A DNA stretch of 62,951 nt, the filler included, from Reticulomyxa filosa (lineage: Eukaryota; Protista; Foraminifera), in assembly GCA_000512085.1 (NCBI GenBank). It is 21 parts of 21 records of this genome, joined end to end, with 100 filler letters (N's around TTAATTAATTAA, not from the genome) between each part and the next. Parts side by side here need not be neighbours in the genome. Positions count along the whole stretch, not along the records: positions 12,133 to 13,705 come from ASPP01009043.1; positions 13,806 to 15,510 come from ASPP01001078.1; positions 15,611 to 16,925 come from ASPP01022418.1; positions 17,026 to 19,676 come from ASPP01049291.1; positions 19,777 to 21,665 come from ASPP01012284.1; positions 21,766 to 23,696 come from ASPP01025246.1; positions 23,797 to 25,926 come from ASPP01012207.1; positions 26,027 to 28,669 come from ASPP01011691.1; 13 more parts are not named here. One strand, written 5' to 3'. Positions within the stretch are counted from its first letter, which is position 1. Every line of letters begins with the position of its first letter. Positions 13,331-26,779 of the stretch are shown here, piece after piece. The position numbers and the translations under genes are program-made. The notes under the pieces are model-generated. The model saw only the letters and a list, made by a program, of their open reading frames with translations. It ran no database searches and was not told the DNA's origin.

Positions 13331-13670
13331 GTATGCCATTTGTTTGTATACACTTGTATGTAACGTATCAATACGTAGATTCAGGATTGGTGATCGTCGA
13401 CGACGTAGCGTTGGAGTCGTCATATTCGACTAGCGACGAGAAGTGCGAGGACAACAAAGGTGACAAAAAGAAGAAACACAAAACAAGTCACACGCAACAC
13501 GACTATTCCGAAAAAACAAAAGACCACAAAAGACCTTTGGTCAATGACTCAAGACGACCTTTGAAATGCCAAACCCCACTCACTTATGAAACCTTACATC
13601 GAAATTCGTTAAAAAAGAAAAAACTCGCGGATCGTCGCAATACGCAAAATCATCACAATGGAAAAATTCA
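12177..13670 (+). CDS. Hypothetical protein fragment: hydrophobic segments followed by a long low-complexity tail
   Basis: 371-aa ORF with coding-like GC content, a poly-T/poly-A intron near 13250-13378 and a further exon to ~13670. Confidence 0.5.
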
Positions 13671-13805
13671 AATACAAACAGTTATATATTGCATATATAA
13701 ATATANNNNNNNNNNNNNNNNNNNNNNNNNNNNNNNNNNNNNNNNNNNNTTAATTAATTAANNNNNNNNNNNNNNNNNNNNNNNNNNNNNNNNNNNNNNN
13801 NNNNN

Positions 13806-14145
13806 GGATATTCGATCTGGTCAACAAATTCAAATTTTCAATGGACATAAAGATTATGTACGCGCGGTTGAATATACTCCATCTGTAATAAAAAATAGTA
13901 GTGGTAATTCAAATGTGATATGTTCTGGATCATGGGATAACACAATTCGATTTTGGGATATCCGATCAAATAAAAATGAATTGTATGTGCTCAAAGGAAA
14001 TGATACAGAAGATGGTGGAATATGGTGTCTTAAGTTATTGTCATTAAAAAAGAAAGAAAAGAACAGCGGCAATACAAAAAATATTGCTTATGATTTGAAC
14101 TTGTGTTATGGCTCAAATAACGGTTTCATTCGTGTTTGGGGATAA
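13806..14145 (+). CDS. WD40-repeat protein, C-terminal part
   Basis: DIRSGQQIQIFNGHKDYVRAVEYT...ICSGSWDNTIRFWDIRS...FIRVWG*. Confidence 0.92.
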
Positions 14146-15043
14146 TTTGCCTTTATCCAACAGAAATGAAAGTTGCTTTTTTTGAAAAGTGTGATGGAAA
14201 TGGTACTGACTTAGTTTGAATGCAGCCATCAAGTGATTTATTTTATTGGAATAAATTTAGAAAAAAAAAATAATGTACTCAATGTTCTTTAAAGATTTCT
14301 AAAGCATAACAGATTAAAATTATATTAAATACAAAATAATTTTGTAAGATGTTTTTTCATGATTACAAATATTCATTTAAGCAAATTTTTTGTCTTGGAA
14401 TATTTTTAACACTGACTATCACAATTTGTGTGATGTTTATTTTTTGTATTCCTTTTGTCTAAACAAGATTAAAATGATATTGCCTTTGTTTTTCTTTACT
14501 CATTCAAATACGATTTGTGATAAATCTATGAGAATACAAAATACTTTCAAAACAAGAAATTCATTGATTTGTTGAGAAAGAATTACAAAATTTTTAATTC
14601 TCTAAAAAGTAATGACTTAGGTCATCCAAGCAAAAATATATAATCGATACATTATTGTATGAATGCGATTTGTACAAACTTAAAAGTATATATAAAAGTG
14701 CTAAGAAACAAGTTTGCAGAAATTGTTACATGAAGTGATAACACAACACCAAAAAAAAAGGGGACAACTCGATAGTAGCTAACATAACGGTAATTAGTTT
14801 TTTTGTAAAATACATGCTTAAAAACATTAAAAACTGGATATTATATTTTTTTATAAGGACGTTGATCATTCAGAATCATTAAATTACAGCTCAAATATTC
14901 ACCAAGTTGTCGTAAAGTAATATTTTAAACAATTATGCATATCAACTTCAACCAAAAATTAAACTTGATATTTGTCACTAATTTTTTTAAGTAAAAGTTC
15001 AAGAAAACCAAAGTTCAAGTTTTGCATTGATCATTAAAAAAAA

Positions 15044-15510
15044 ATGACAACAATGATGAGCGCAACTCTCAGAAGGGCTAGCCTTAGACAAAAAGAGCTA
15101 AACAAGAGACCAATTTGGAACCTCATTCCTTGCGTTCTCATTAGACGACTTCGTCAACCCAACGCATATCAAGTAGGATTGGAGGAACAGCACCAAAGGG
15201 CTCAATACAAGAAAAAGCTAAAGGGACAACAGGGTGCATTATCAAAAACAATATCCTCACCTGAATCAAGACATGAACGATCATTAATTCAAAAAATGGA
15301 ATCTGATAAAGAGATTCTTCAATATCTCAAGGAGAGTTCATCTCAAAATATTACTATTTATTCTACAGCTATTAAAAAATGTTCAGAATTGAAGTGTCCC
15401 AACTCAATCATTCGAATTATCGAAATTGTGCAAAGCAAACATATTCATCCAGATATTATATTTTACACCACAATTTTACATCATTTGGGAATGTGGAATA
15501 AATTTGATTT
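15044..15510 (+). CDS. Pentatricopeptide repeat (PPR) protein, 3'-truncated
   Basis: Motifs 35 aa apart: NITIYSTAIKKC...VQSKHIHP and DIIFYTTILHHL; basic N-terminus. Confidence 0.7.
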
Positions 15511-16454
15511 NNNNNNNNNNNNNNNNNNNNNNNNNNNNNNNNNNNNNNNNNNNNTTAATTAATTAANNNNNNNNNNNNNNNNNNNNNNNNNNNNNNNNNN
15601 NNNNNNNNNNCCTTTTTTTTGTGTACCTGTCAGAACAAATTGCAAAGACAGTAGCGGATCTTTGCAGTCACTGTGAAAATTAATTACAGAGGTAACGTTG
15701 CAACCACCAATCGCGCATGTCACACGATGAACCAGGATTTTATTCACTGAGGGATTAAACCGTACTAGTTGCTCGTTCTCTGAAGTTGACAATACGATAC
15801 ACCCTATTTATCATATTAGCGAAATTTAATGCTGTGTTTTTCTCCTAACACCTGTTCCTGACGCAACACTTACATGATAAAAACAGGAGAAACCCCAAAC
15901 CCATTGCTGATATACAAACACAATTTTTTTGTTTTAAAAAAAAACTTTGTGTAATACGCGGACTTTTTGATAACAAAAATATCTCGTTGCTTTGTACTGG
16001 CCTTATAAAATGCGTCTTTGTTAATTTGCTTGTAATTGTGCTACGTTTACTTCAGTTTAATTTAAAAATTTGAAATTTTGCAAAGTATTAAGAAAAAAAG
16101 GAATATCTGATATTGAGTTATTGATCTCGAAAAATCTTTGAGATGTTATGAAAAGAAAAATTTTTCGATGCTAGACCACATTTAAATGTCGATTTTTGAA
16201 AGTAAGAACTTCCTAAAGTGAGCAATACGAAAATTGAAACGACGTGTACTCCTTGTCGACGAACCTGAAGGCTCTTTTTTTTTAAAAGAAAAAAATGAAA
16301 AGAAGAGTGATATCTTGTTTTTGGGATAAAGAAAGATTATAGTTGACAAAGAGTGATCGTTTGGTTGTGAACAAAAACGTTCAATAAAAATTGCATATTT
16401 TCCAAGAAATTTAAAAAAAGAACACACATTGTACCAAAAAAAAAAAAAAAAGGA

Positions 16455-16900
16455 TCATTCCATGATATGGGAACAACCATTTTGATATAAGTGTTTGTTT
16501 GAATTTTTTTTTTTACAGCTTGGATACGGGAGTGGTGTCATGAGTCTTCTCCAAATGTTGGACGGCCTCGGCAATGTTGGAGGGAAGCATAGGAAGCAAT
16601 TCATGGACCATTTTAACAACAATCCCGATAGATTTGGGTTTGTCTGTGTGTGCATCATCACTTCCAAGCAAATGTTGTAGCAATAAGTGGCGATATGCTT
16701 TCAGCTCATCTTCGTGATTGGACAAATGTTTGTGCAAATATTCAATTAAGTAATGATGATACTCCAATTCTTTGAACCCATACCAATTCACACTCTCATT
16801 CTTATTTTTTTTGTTTACAAAATAATGGAAAGCAAAGGGTGTTTTCTCCAGTCCATGTTCACATAGCAATGAGCGCGTCTGAGCATTAGGAGGGTGCAAT
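16455..16900 (-). CDS. Hypothetical protein, C-terminal fragment
   Basis: 128-aa ORF following an A-run/AG acceptor; no motif recognised. Confidence 0.35.
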
Positions 16901-19829
16901 ACTCCTTTTTTTTTTTTTTTTTTTTNNNNNNNNNNNNNNNNNNNNNNNNNNNNNNNNNNNNNNNNNNNNTTAATTAATTAANNNNNNNNNNNNNNNNNNN
17001 NNNNNNNNNNNNNNNNNNNNNNNNNGCAAAGAAAAAAAATATATATACATATATCTATTTTTGTTTTTTCTTTATATAATTTATCCACCCCCCTCCTTCA
17101 AAAAAAAAGTTTTGTGAGTGTTTTTCACACAGGAAAAAAGATTGTTACAGTCGACAAAATATATTGTTTATTTTAACAAGGGGGGAGGGAAAAAAAGAGA
17201 TCAATAAGGGAGGGAAAAAAAGTGGATGTGGAAAAAAGGGAAAGTGAAAAAAATGTAATAAGAAAAAAAAGAAATAGAAAAATAAAAAAAAAGAAAGAAA
17301 AAAAGGAAAAAATAAGAAAAGAAGAAAGTATAATGTGAAAAAATAAAAAAGAATAAGTGAAAAAATAAAATAAGAATAAGAGAAGAATAAAAAAGAAATT
17401 GTTAGTAATTTTATTTGTTTTGAATTTTTATTTTATGTGGGAGCTATGACTCCAAAAAGTATTGGTACCTGGAGGATACCAAATTTTAGTTAAGTAAATA
17501 TTTTTTTTATATGTTTATTTAAAAAAAAATTAACTTTGATTTTTCGCAAAATACAGCTCAAAGTTATAGTGTGTTATTTTGAATATGGTTTCTCCGTTAT
17601 CGCGATGAAATTGGTCAAGTTTTTCATAGAATTACATTCAATATACAAACGAGCAAATCAAGTATCAGCAACTGCACCGGCCACTCAATCTTCGTAATCT
17701 TCAATTTGAAATCCAATAGTGCCTACATCAATATTACAAACAAGGCGTCAGCAACACAGAACATACACTCACATTACATGTGATGGCGATGAGAAAGAAA
17801 GAAGCAACGTCATTGTTCGTGCCATTTGCCAAATTGCTGCTGGCTTGATTATCGACATCATCAAAAGTGGGCCACAATGCAGTGAGAAAAAGGCCCAAGC
17901 AGAGTCTATGGAGTGAGTGCATTTGTTCGATATATGCAACTGGCCAGCATTCAACCACAATTTCGAAACTCATATCCATCAAACTATATACGTCTGACAG
18001 GACTAATGTAAATAAAAGAGCAATGTACGGAATGTAATGGTCACAATGCGACCGACAGTATCACAATTATTTTTTTCCTTATACGTCCAATCCAACTGCT
18101 GTTCCATTGACTTTCACTTTTTCGCCGACGCTAATACATAGAATAGATTATTGCGGAGTAGTATGCAATTATTGCAATCCCATCTCAAATATTTCCTTCT
18201 TTTTTTTTGTCAGATCTTGATGAACACAGCATGTATGGATTACTTGTGGTTCAACGTGGTTGAATACCCACATTACACACTAACAATATATCCAAGCATC
18301 TCCTTTCCGACAAGCTCTCCAGCCCCACATCCAATATAAGCCAATCGCGATATCGCAAAAGCCAGCACAGTCGTCAGTAACAACAGCAGTGCACCGTCCG
18401 TTCAATTTGTGAAGATATCTCGATAATGCAACAATTGAGATTATTTGTTGTTGCAAATTGAAGGCGATTTCAGAAATATGGTCGACCAGTGTTTATACGC
18501 TATCGACAATTTATGGACGTAATGGAGCTTCAGATCGATGGTTGCAAAGAGCATGGAAGTGCAATTTGTTGTTCAAAGTGTAATCTTCGTCTTATCAACA
18601 ATGAAGTATTCAAGACCAATACTTGGACCAATGAAACATCGCATCCAAGATGTCATATCCAGATGCGAATGAGCAATCTGATTTCACTCCAAACAAGTGA
18701 TCATCCAGGCAAAAGGATAGATTTGCTGGCGTAACGAAAGTGGTTGCGGTTATTGTTGACACGCACGAAAAAGCCAAGTGTGTTCATATAGCCAATTCGT
18801 GTCACATTCATCTTTCTTCAATTTCATCAACATCACCCACAATAATCTCCAATTGGTGAGTTATTATTTGGCACCTTCTCCTATGGACTGTAGATTTGAA
18901 GCAATCCAAAGATTTATATACCGAGAATTATACCCATATGAAACATTGGGCCAAGTGAAAGCATTGGACATTATCAACAAGCTGTCCAGTGCAGTATCGA
19001 CACTCCATTTGCAGACTATATCTTAGTTATTGGGCAAGCACTGAATTATTGAGTGTGTTCAAAGGCATCAAACATTGTATCAGATAGTATTGGTATTATT
19101 GTAGATACTTGAGTCATGTAAGTATCATCAACAATAATGCTACTTATTGCTTCTGCTGCCCAAATTATACCATCTCCGAATTGTGTCGCCACAAACAGTC
19201 AAACATTGAACGTACTAGCGTGGTAATTCATTGATATCGTCATCGAATAGCGTATTATTAGATGAAGGCATTGCAAGGAAAAACGGTTTGAACACAATCG
19301 ACAATGTAATGAATAATTTTATATGTGGAAACGCTGCAAACAAATAAGGTTGAGATCAAGCTCGACAATCTTGGAAACTGCTCAACGAATTGATTAAGTG
19401 TTATCTGAGGAATAAACCACAATCACATCGTTGATCAGAAATATAATCGCATTACGAGTCGCCAACAAAGATAAAGGAAACAATGTGAATTCATATATTC
19501 GTCGCAACACTGTTGTTATCCAGCCCAGCATTCTTGGGATATCGCAATTACCACTCAAAGACAGGTTGCTTCATGGTTAGGTCCACACATCAACACATGC
19601 AACCCAAGAAAAAAACAAGAAGACTAACGTCGACGTGAAGAATGGCAATCACTTTTTAAAGGTCGGTGTGAATACANNNNNNNNNNNNNNNNNNNNNNNN
19701 NNNNNNNNNNNNNNNNNNNNTTAATTAATTAANNNNNNNNNNNNNNNNNNNNNNNNNNNNNNNNNNNNNNNNNNNNTGTGTGTGTGTGTGACATTCAAAG
19801 CGACAAAGACTAACTAAGAAACAAAAGGA

Positions 19830-21510
19830 CACAACTTTTTCGCTTTTCTCGTGATGGGTTGTCAGTCTCTTGGTCGTTGAACACGTAAGGGTCGATGGAC
19901 GAGTTACCTTCGGACGCTTGGTCCCCTTCGTTGGCTACTGCGTCTCGATGGATCATTTTATATTCGCGTCGTTCGGAGCTGTTCAAAGGAGCTTGCGATT
20001 TGATTTTGGTTTTCAAGCTCTCGTCGCGATTCTGTCGCATTGTGGAAGTTACATCCTTTTCTGTAATCTTTCGACGAATGTCTTTTTTCGTCAAAAATAC
20101 GCCTCGTTTGGATGGGCATCTGTGTGTCATCACCATTTACATATATAGCAAATGTATATACATATATATATATATATATATATGCATATATATAACTTGA
20201 AATAAGTGACGCCATAATATGTTCCATCGTGTTCTCCCAATGACCCGCCCATCAGCTCAATGCCATACCACGGTCCTTTGTGATGATTATCAAAGTCTAC
20301 CTCGCCGATGTAACGAATGTAGCCTTCTCTATCTTGAGACAAGAACACGTAGTCGCCAACTTGCAAGGAAAGATCCTTGCTGTTGGATGCTTGATGTCCC
20401 TTGTGCAAAGGGTTACTATGATGCAATACACCTTCCCCACTACACTCGTCGCTTTTGCGCTCGTCAAAGTGTTCAATGTGTATCTTCAAGCTGATGATCT
20501 TGCCTTGATGGGCCAACGACTTGCCATTGTCACGCTCTTCTTTTGCCTGCGGACTGTTTTCCTCTTCGGTGTTGTTCTCGTACACCGCTTGCAGCGTTAA
20601 TATTTCATAGACTTCCGGTACGTCGGGCGACTCGATGGCGTAGGCTCCTGCATCTGCGTCGTATGCTATTTTCACATGACTGCCCCATCCATGTACACCG
20701 TGAGGAATTGTCTCTACTTTTTCATCTTTTTTTTTTTTTTATTTTTTTATTTTTTTGTTTTTGTTTTAGATAAATGGTATGTTTAGTTTTTTTTTTAAAA
20801 AAAAAAAAAAAAAATAACAAACAAAACAACAATACATAAAAAAAAAAAAAAAGTCCCTCTCGCTTTCGAACTAGCAAATATAGTGTAAGTCGCATTGACA
20901 CCACTATCCAATTTGACGTCCCAAATGCCTTCAATTCGCTTCATGGGATTGATGTGATTGTACTTGTTGGTCAATGTCTCCTCGGCAGCAGCACTGTTAT
21001 TTACAAAATCTTCGATTATTGAAAACCCCTTCTTTGTGCTGCTCCGATTGCTATTGCCACTGCCATTGCCATTGCCATTGTTACTGCTATTGCTATTGTT
21101 GCTTGTGTCGTTCACTAAACTATTCCGCTTCTTTGGCGATTGAACTGTATTTGCCAATTTCGTGGATGCAGGGCCATTGATTGTTGCCCTTTTGGCAGGA
21201 ACTGCACTCTTGGGTGTTAATCCATTATTATAATTATTATAATTATTATTATTATTATTATTATTATTATTGTTATTATTGCTATTATTATTAGTAAGAC
21301 TGTGAGTATGCGAGGGACTTTGAGTTGTCGTTGTCACTGCTATTGTTGCTCTTTTTTCACGATTCGTGTTGCTTGTCCCTGTATTTGCTGCCCTTGCTGT
21401 GCTCGGACGACGTACTCCAGTACCTGTGATTTCTTCTCCATTGTTGTCATCGAAATGCTCTATCGACAGTCGTTGATGGTCGGATGACAGCTCCACAATC
21501 TCATAGACGC
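19830..21510 (-). CDS. CAP-Gly domain protein with Asn/Ser-rich low-complexity regions (partial)
   Basis: LQVGDYVFLSQDREGYIRYIGEVDF...PWYGIELMGGSLGEHDGTYYGVTYF, continuing after an intron as CPSKRGVF. Confidence 0.88.
21218..21292. repeat. (ATT)n microsatellite encoding poly-Asn on the minus strand
   Basis: Visible trinucleotide run inside the CAP-Gly gene ORF. Confidence 0.85.
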
Positions 21511-21626
21511 CTGTGCTTGAGCCACATCTGGAGGGTTGTTTTTTTTTCCCAGATGTTTTATGTGATCTACAAACCCTTTCACTCCATCTTTCTCAAAAAT
21601 TCAAGCGATACATATTTTACAAAATA

Positions 21627-21665
<39 letters not shown>

Positions 21666-21765
21666 NNNNNNNNNNNNNNNNNNNNNNNNNNNNNNNNNNN
21701 NNNNNNNNNTTAATTAATTAANNNNNNNNNNNNNNNNNNNNNNNNNNNNNNNNNNNNNNNNNNNN

Positions 21766-22803
21766 AATGTATTTTCATTGGAACAAGAAGACAGTGTTCG
21801 GAAACAGCCATTTATCGTTGCTAGGATTAATAGCTATGCTGTCCTTGTGGACTTGCGGATGGCTACGATTTGATGGTGTATTAGCCATGGGGTTTCCGTT
21901 TTATTATGTGTTGATTTCATGGTTTACAAATTGTCACATCATTCGTCGCACAATGCATCTCTCCCAATGCTCACGCAATTACTGGGAAAGAGCTGCTACC
22001 CTTCATTATTCGTGGCTTTGCGTCAAGCATGTAGGACTGCTGATCAGCATTGTGCTTCTTGCACTTGCTCCGCTATTGTTGTTTCAATACTATGCTATCG
22101 GTAATCTGTGTCATTGGAATTTAACTTTTCGTAATTCCATCCGCTCTATCAGGTGTTGGCAATGCATGCATTTTTATTTTTTGAAAAAAAAGGCTTTTTT
22201 TTATCTTTACCATCTTCCTAAAAGAGATTTTTTTAAAAAAATGGAACGAGAAGACCATATTGCCTTTATCCCTTCACAAAATTGGTGTATGGATTCATTC
22301 AAGAAAAGTACTGGAACTTAAGATTGTTTGATTACTATAAGAACGTGACACAACTGATGTGTGTTGTTTTGGCACTGCCCATGTTGTATATCACCTGGAA
22401 AGGCTTGTCATACTATGGAGGGAAGTTATATCAACTCCTTACAAAATTGCACGAAGCTATGGGAAAAAAAGACCGCTCATTTAATGGCAATGACCTGCAA
22501 GGGGTGACATCAATCGATCTTCTTTGGGTAATGAGTGATGCTGATTTTGCCAAATGCTTTTATGTGAGGCTAGTGCCTCATTTGATGTACTGGTTTTTCT
22601 TATGTGTTGTGTGTATAATAACATTACGCCCGCAGGCCAGTACTCGATTGTTTTGTAGTTGTTGTCCTATTCTTTATTGGTATTGTGCAGAATCCATTCT
22701 TAAGTCCAAGCTGTACTGTTGTTCGTCATGGATCACTTGGTATTTTATCATTTACAGCGCTGTTGGTGCATCATTCTTTGCTTTATTTCTTCCATTTACA
22801 TAA
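21766..22803 (+). CDS. PIGV: GPI mannosyltransferase 2 (PIG-V/GPI18), C-terminal part
   Basis: VYGFIQEKYWNLRLFDYY..Q..VVLALP and QASTRLFCSCCPILYWY..C-terminal FLPFT match PIG-V motifs; frame change near 22200-22280. Confidence 0.8.
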
Positions 22804-23840
22804 AATTGCACCACTTTTTGTCTCGGCTATATTTTAATGAGCTAATTACCCACTTTTAATAGGTTGTTGCATTTGAAAAAAATTGCACATCTTAAGTTTA
22901 TATTTTTTCATTAGTAAGCATTGTTTTGATATTTAAAAAAAGATCGGGGGAATTAAAAAATTCCAAAATTGCCTCAGGATTTTCTACTGCTGCTGCTATA
23001 ATGATAGTGTAGTTCCATTCATTCTACAGTCCTACGGCCCTTCCTGACGGAAGTACCTCCTCATTGGCAATATGTTTTCAGAGAAAACGTGAGTAAAGAT
23101 TAATGATACATACATAATAAAACTCAAAAAGTTGAAGTTTGTATAATTGATTCAATTTTACCGAGGTAGGATTTCATGCACTTCTTCAACACCTTTTATT
23201 CAGATCACAGCATTTTGCTGCCATACTTTTCGTTCTGGAGAAGCTTTTCATTTGCTCTCTAGCGAAACTCTCAAATTTTTGATTTTGGTTTGAATTAACA
23301 CTGAAGATAGCTTTCTTATTTATATTTTTTGCTCTAAGGCATTCGTTGACAGCTTTCCAACTTCAGTTAATTACATTTAGACTTACCACCAAAAAAAAGT
23401 TTTAAAATGTGAAAATAGGCTCCAAAAATTCAATCTCACTTTTAAAAAAGTAGTTTTCGAAACAAGAAACGAAGGGAGGCCACACAAGTGTAACGAGAAA
23501 ACTGAAACTAAATTGTCATGTGTACCTTTTCTCACGTATAGCGTATATCGCATACATATGTACTTCGATTTTGGATACCAAAAAAATCGTAAATACGTGA
23601 GCAAAATGAATTTTAGAAGAGTGCAAAGTTTGTTCGAATTTTCGTAGTTGAATTTTTTTAGAAATGTTGGAGAAGTCTTAAAGTTATAGGGGTCGTNNNN
23701 NNNNNNNNNNNNNNNNNNNNNNNNNNNNNNNNNNNNNNNNTTAATTAATTAANNNNNNNNNNNNNNNNNNNNNNNNNNNNNNNNNNNNNNNNNNNNTTTT
23801 TTTTTTTTTTTTTTTTAATTTAAAAAAAAAAAAAAAAAAA

Positions 23841-24300
23841 TTAACCAGTTACAGCTCCATGAAAGGATTGGACTGTCTTCAAAAGCATTCGGAGTTGTTC
23901 ATTCATGGTTTGATTGATTTCGTCATTACTGTTATGCGAGTCGGAAAGAGAGGCATTGGTAGAAGTGCTCTCTTTGTATCTCTGCAGCTTGAGGGCATAA
24001 GAGCGTCGACTGATAATACTAAAGACGATATGCAATAGTATATGAATAAAACAGTTCATGAAAGCCAAATGTACTGCACGGATACAGCCTAACAAACATA
24101 TAGTTTTCCATATTTCGTATTTTTGATCTGTGCCCTCATTGCTATTTTTATTCTCATTGTTTTGGCTCTCACTACTTTGATTCCCACTTTTCACTGCCAA
24201 TTGCGAATTTTGTCGCATTTGTTTTAGCTGCTCCTGCAATCGCTCAATCTCAATGTAATCTTTTACTAGCGTATCCACGCCCTTCATTGACCATTTACAA
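23841..24300 (-). CDS. Hypothetical coiled-coil protein fragment
   Basis: Gln/Glu/Lys-rich helical ORF with internal intron-like sequence. Confidence 0.35.
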
Positions 24301-24972
24301 GCTATCTTCGTTGCGTTTTGAGAATAATACGCTTCATATTCTGCGCTTGGCTTTGCTTTTCCACTTTTTTAATGTTTTTTATTTTTTTTTAAAAAAAAAA
24401 AAAAATGAACAAACAAATAATAAGAAACAGTTGCCGAAACTGTCGTGGCTGACTCTTCGTCATATCATAGGCGAACATTAACAATGTCTTTAGTTGTTGT
24501 ACATGTCCGAGCGGCTTTTTGAAACGATGCCTTTTGTAACCATTTTTTTTGGAACGGGGCGTTTTTTTAAACAAGCAAAAAAAAAAGAAACTGCGCCCAT
24601 CTTTTTTTTTACCAGTTGCTCTTAATGAGACTTCCGACCATCAAAAACATGATTGCGCGCGCAAAGCCATTTCTATAAAATTCAGTCGCATGCTGTTTGC
24701 ATTGTATAGCAAAAAGCAAAACAAATCGAACAAATCTAAGCATATCTAATAAGCAGGGGGCACAAGGTAAGAAGAATTTTTCACAAAGCAGTCTTACTGT
24801 AAAAAGTGCATAAAAACGAGTGGATACAGTAGGAATATGGTGTATATCACACAGTATTAAAAAAAAAGTAAACAGGTTTTTTGCCACAAGAGATAGTAAG
24901 CCTGAATAACTCGAAATTTAAAAAAAAAGAAAAGGGACTGAGAAAAATAAAATAAAAAATAAAAATACAAGC

Positions 24973-25850
24973 ATGAACCAATGTCGTTTTTTTGGCTTCT
25001 CTCATAGAATAAAATGTGGCTTTGATTTTGTATTTTTGTCCTGGACAAAATTGCAATCGCAGGCAAGACGTTCTTGGTGTGCCTCGTCCTACGGTAGGAG
25101 AGAAGTGAGTAATGATGAAGGCAGGAAATTGCGCTTTGTAGTCCTCGTGGCAGGCGTCGGAGTAGCACGTGTGTTGGAGCCCCGAACGAGTAGTATGTAT
25201 TCGAAGCAATTCGAGCTCTACGATGGGACAGTGTTGGATCTGAGTTCAACGGGTTATTTTAAAGCATTGATGAATCCTGTGGCCTCGTTTGGGGTATATC
25301 ATAGACAATACACAAACGAAGAACTGGAAGAATTCGAGCGACAACGCAAGCAAGAATTTGAAGAGTTGAAAGAAAGACGAGAGAGTCTAATGAAATCCAT
25401 GTCGTCACAACAATATCAAACAGAATACATTGATAAAGATCAACGTTACAAAATCCCAAACGACCCAGCTTTGGATCACATGTTTCGAAACTTGACTTTG
25501 AACGACTTTCCGTTTCACTATCGACGAGCATACTTATTCGAAAAAGAAAAGAAAAGCAAACAATTTTGTTGCAAAAAAAAAAAATGCAAAAAGGCTCGAA
25601 AATCGCGAGAAATTTCTGTTAACTGACAATAATAGCAATAACAATCAGTTTTTAACAAATCCGAGTTTTTTGAATGATAACAACATTGACACCAATGATA
25701 ATCTTTCTCCTTCTGGACTTAGTTCGGCACAAGAGTTTCAACAGAAATTAATGGACCCTGGTCGGTCTATGAACAACTTGCACATTTACTATGTCCAATT
25801 CTTGCAAAATGATACCGCGGTTCAATTTTGGAAGTCATTATTCGAAGTTT
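24973..25850 (+). CDS. Hypothetical protein, possibly mitochondrion-targeted
   Basis: 217-aa ORF with an Arg-rich N-terminus and a charged helix, continued by ORF 25670-25912. Confidence 0.4.
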
Positions 25851-26779
25851 TTTTTTCTTCAAAAAAAAAAAAATTAACAATATTAACATATCCCCACTTT
25901 CCTAGTTTGTAACACATGCCCAACACNNNNNNNNNNNNNNNNNNNNNNNNNNNNNNNNNNNNNNNNNNNNTTAATTAATTAANNNNNNNNNNNNNNNNNN
26001 NNNNNNNNNNNNNNNNNNNNNNNNNNTGGAGCCACACTACAACATGTGTGCCTGTCATTGAACAAATATTAGTTTTAGTGACGGCATAAAAATTGGATAT
26101 TGATCATTTTATTGCGCTTTGAATGGCGTATAATTTGAAAAAAAAAAACGAAGGTCTATATCATGTAATGTGGTGCATGATATATTGAAAGGAAATCAAA
26201 AAATTTGAAAATGGTGAGCTGATTATTGTCATATCATATGTGCAACCTATATTTCAAGTTATAATGTTTTCTTATAATATGATTGAAATATATATAATAA
26301 GTACATACATATATAACATAGATCTCCAAAGAGTATAATACATGTCTATTAAGCAATTGGAAAGTGGGTAGTGGTTGCGGCTCTAGCAAGCAAGAGTGAA
26401 GTAAAATTCGAACAACATCAAGTTGGTAGCATATTTATCGCAAGTATTTAAGCAATTTTTTTTTAAGAAAGTCATTACAATAATTATTTTAAGTGGCACG
26501 CAGTTGATCAAAACTTGTAAATTTAATCTATTTTTATTTTTCAAAAATTGTTTCAAAAGATAAGTTTTTGTAAACTCAAATATCAATTAAGGACTTATTA
26601 TTCAATTGTTCAGCTTATTTATAAAAAAAACAGGTGAAACATAATCAAAGAGAAAATTCAAATGAAACTTTATATTGCAATCAATAAACAAAAAAGAGAG
26701 AGTAGAAAGCAGAAAAATAGCAACACATTAGTCAAGCCGAGAATGAAAAGAGCAAAGAAGAAATCGGGACAAAAGTGAT

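Noticed and set aside
17200-17400. Long purine-rich (A/G) tract
   Set aside because: Simple low-complexity DNA, common throughout this genome
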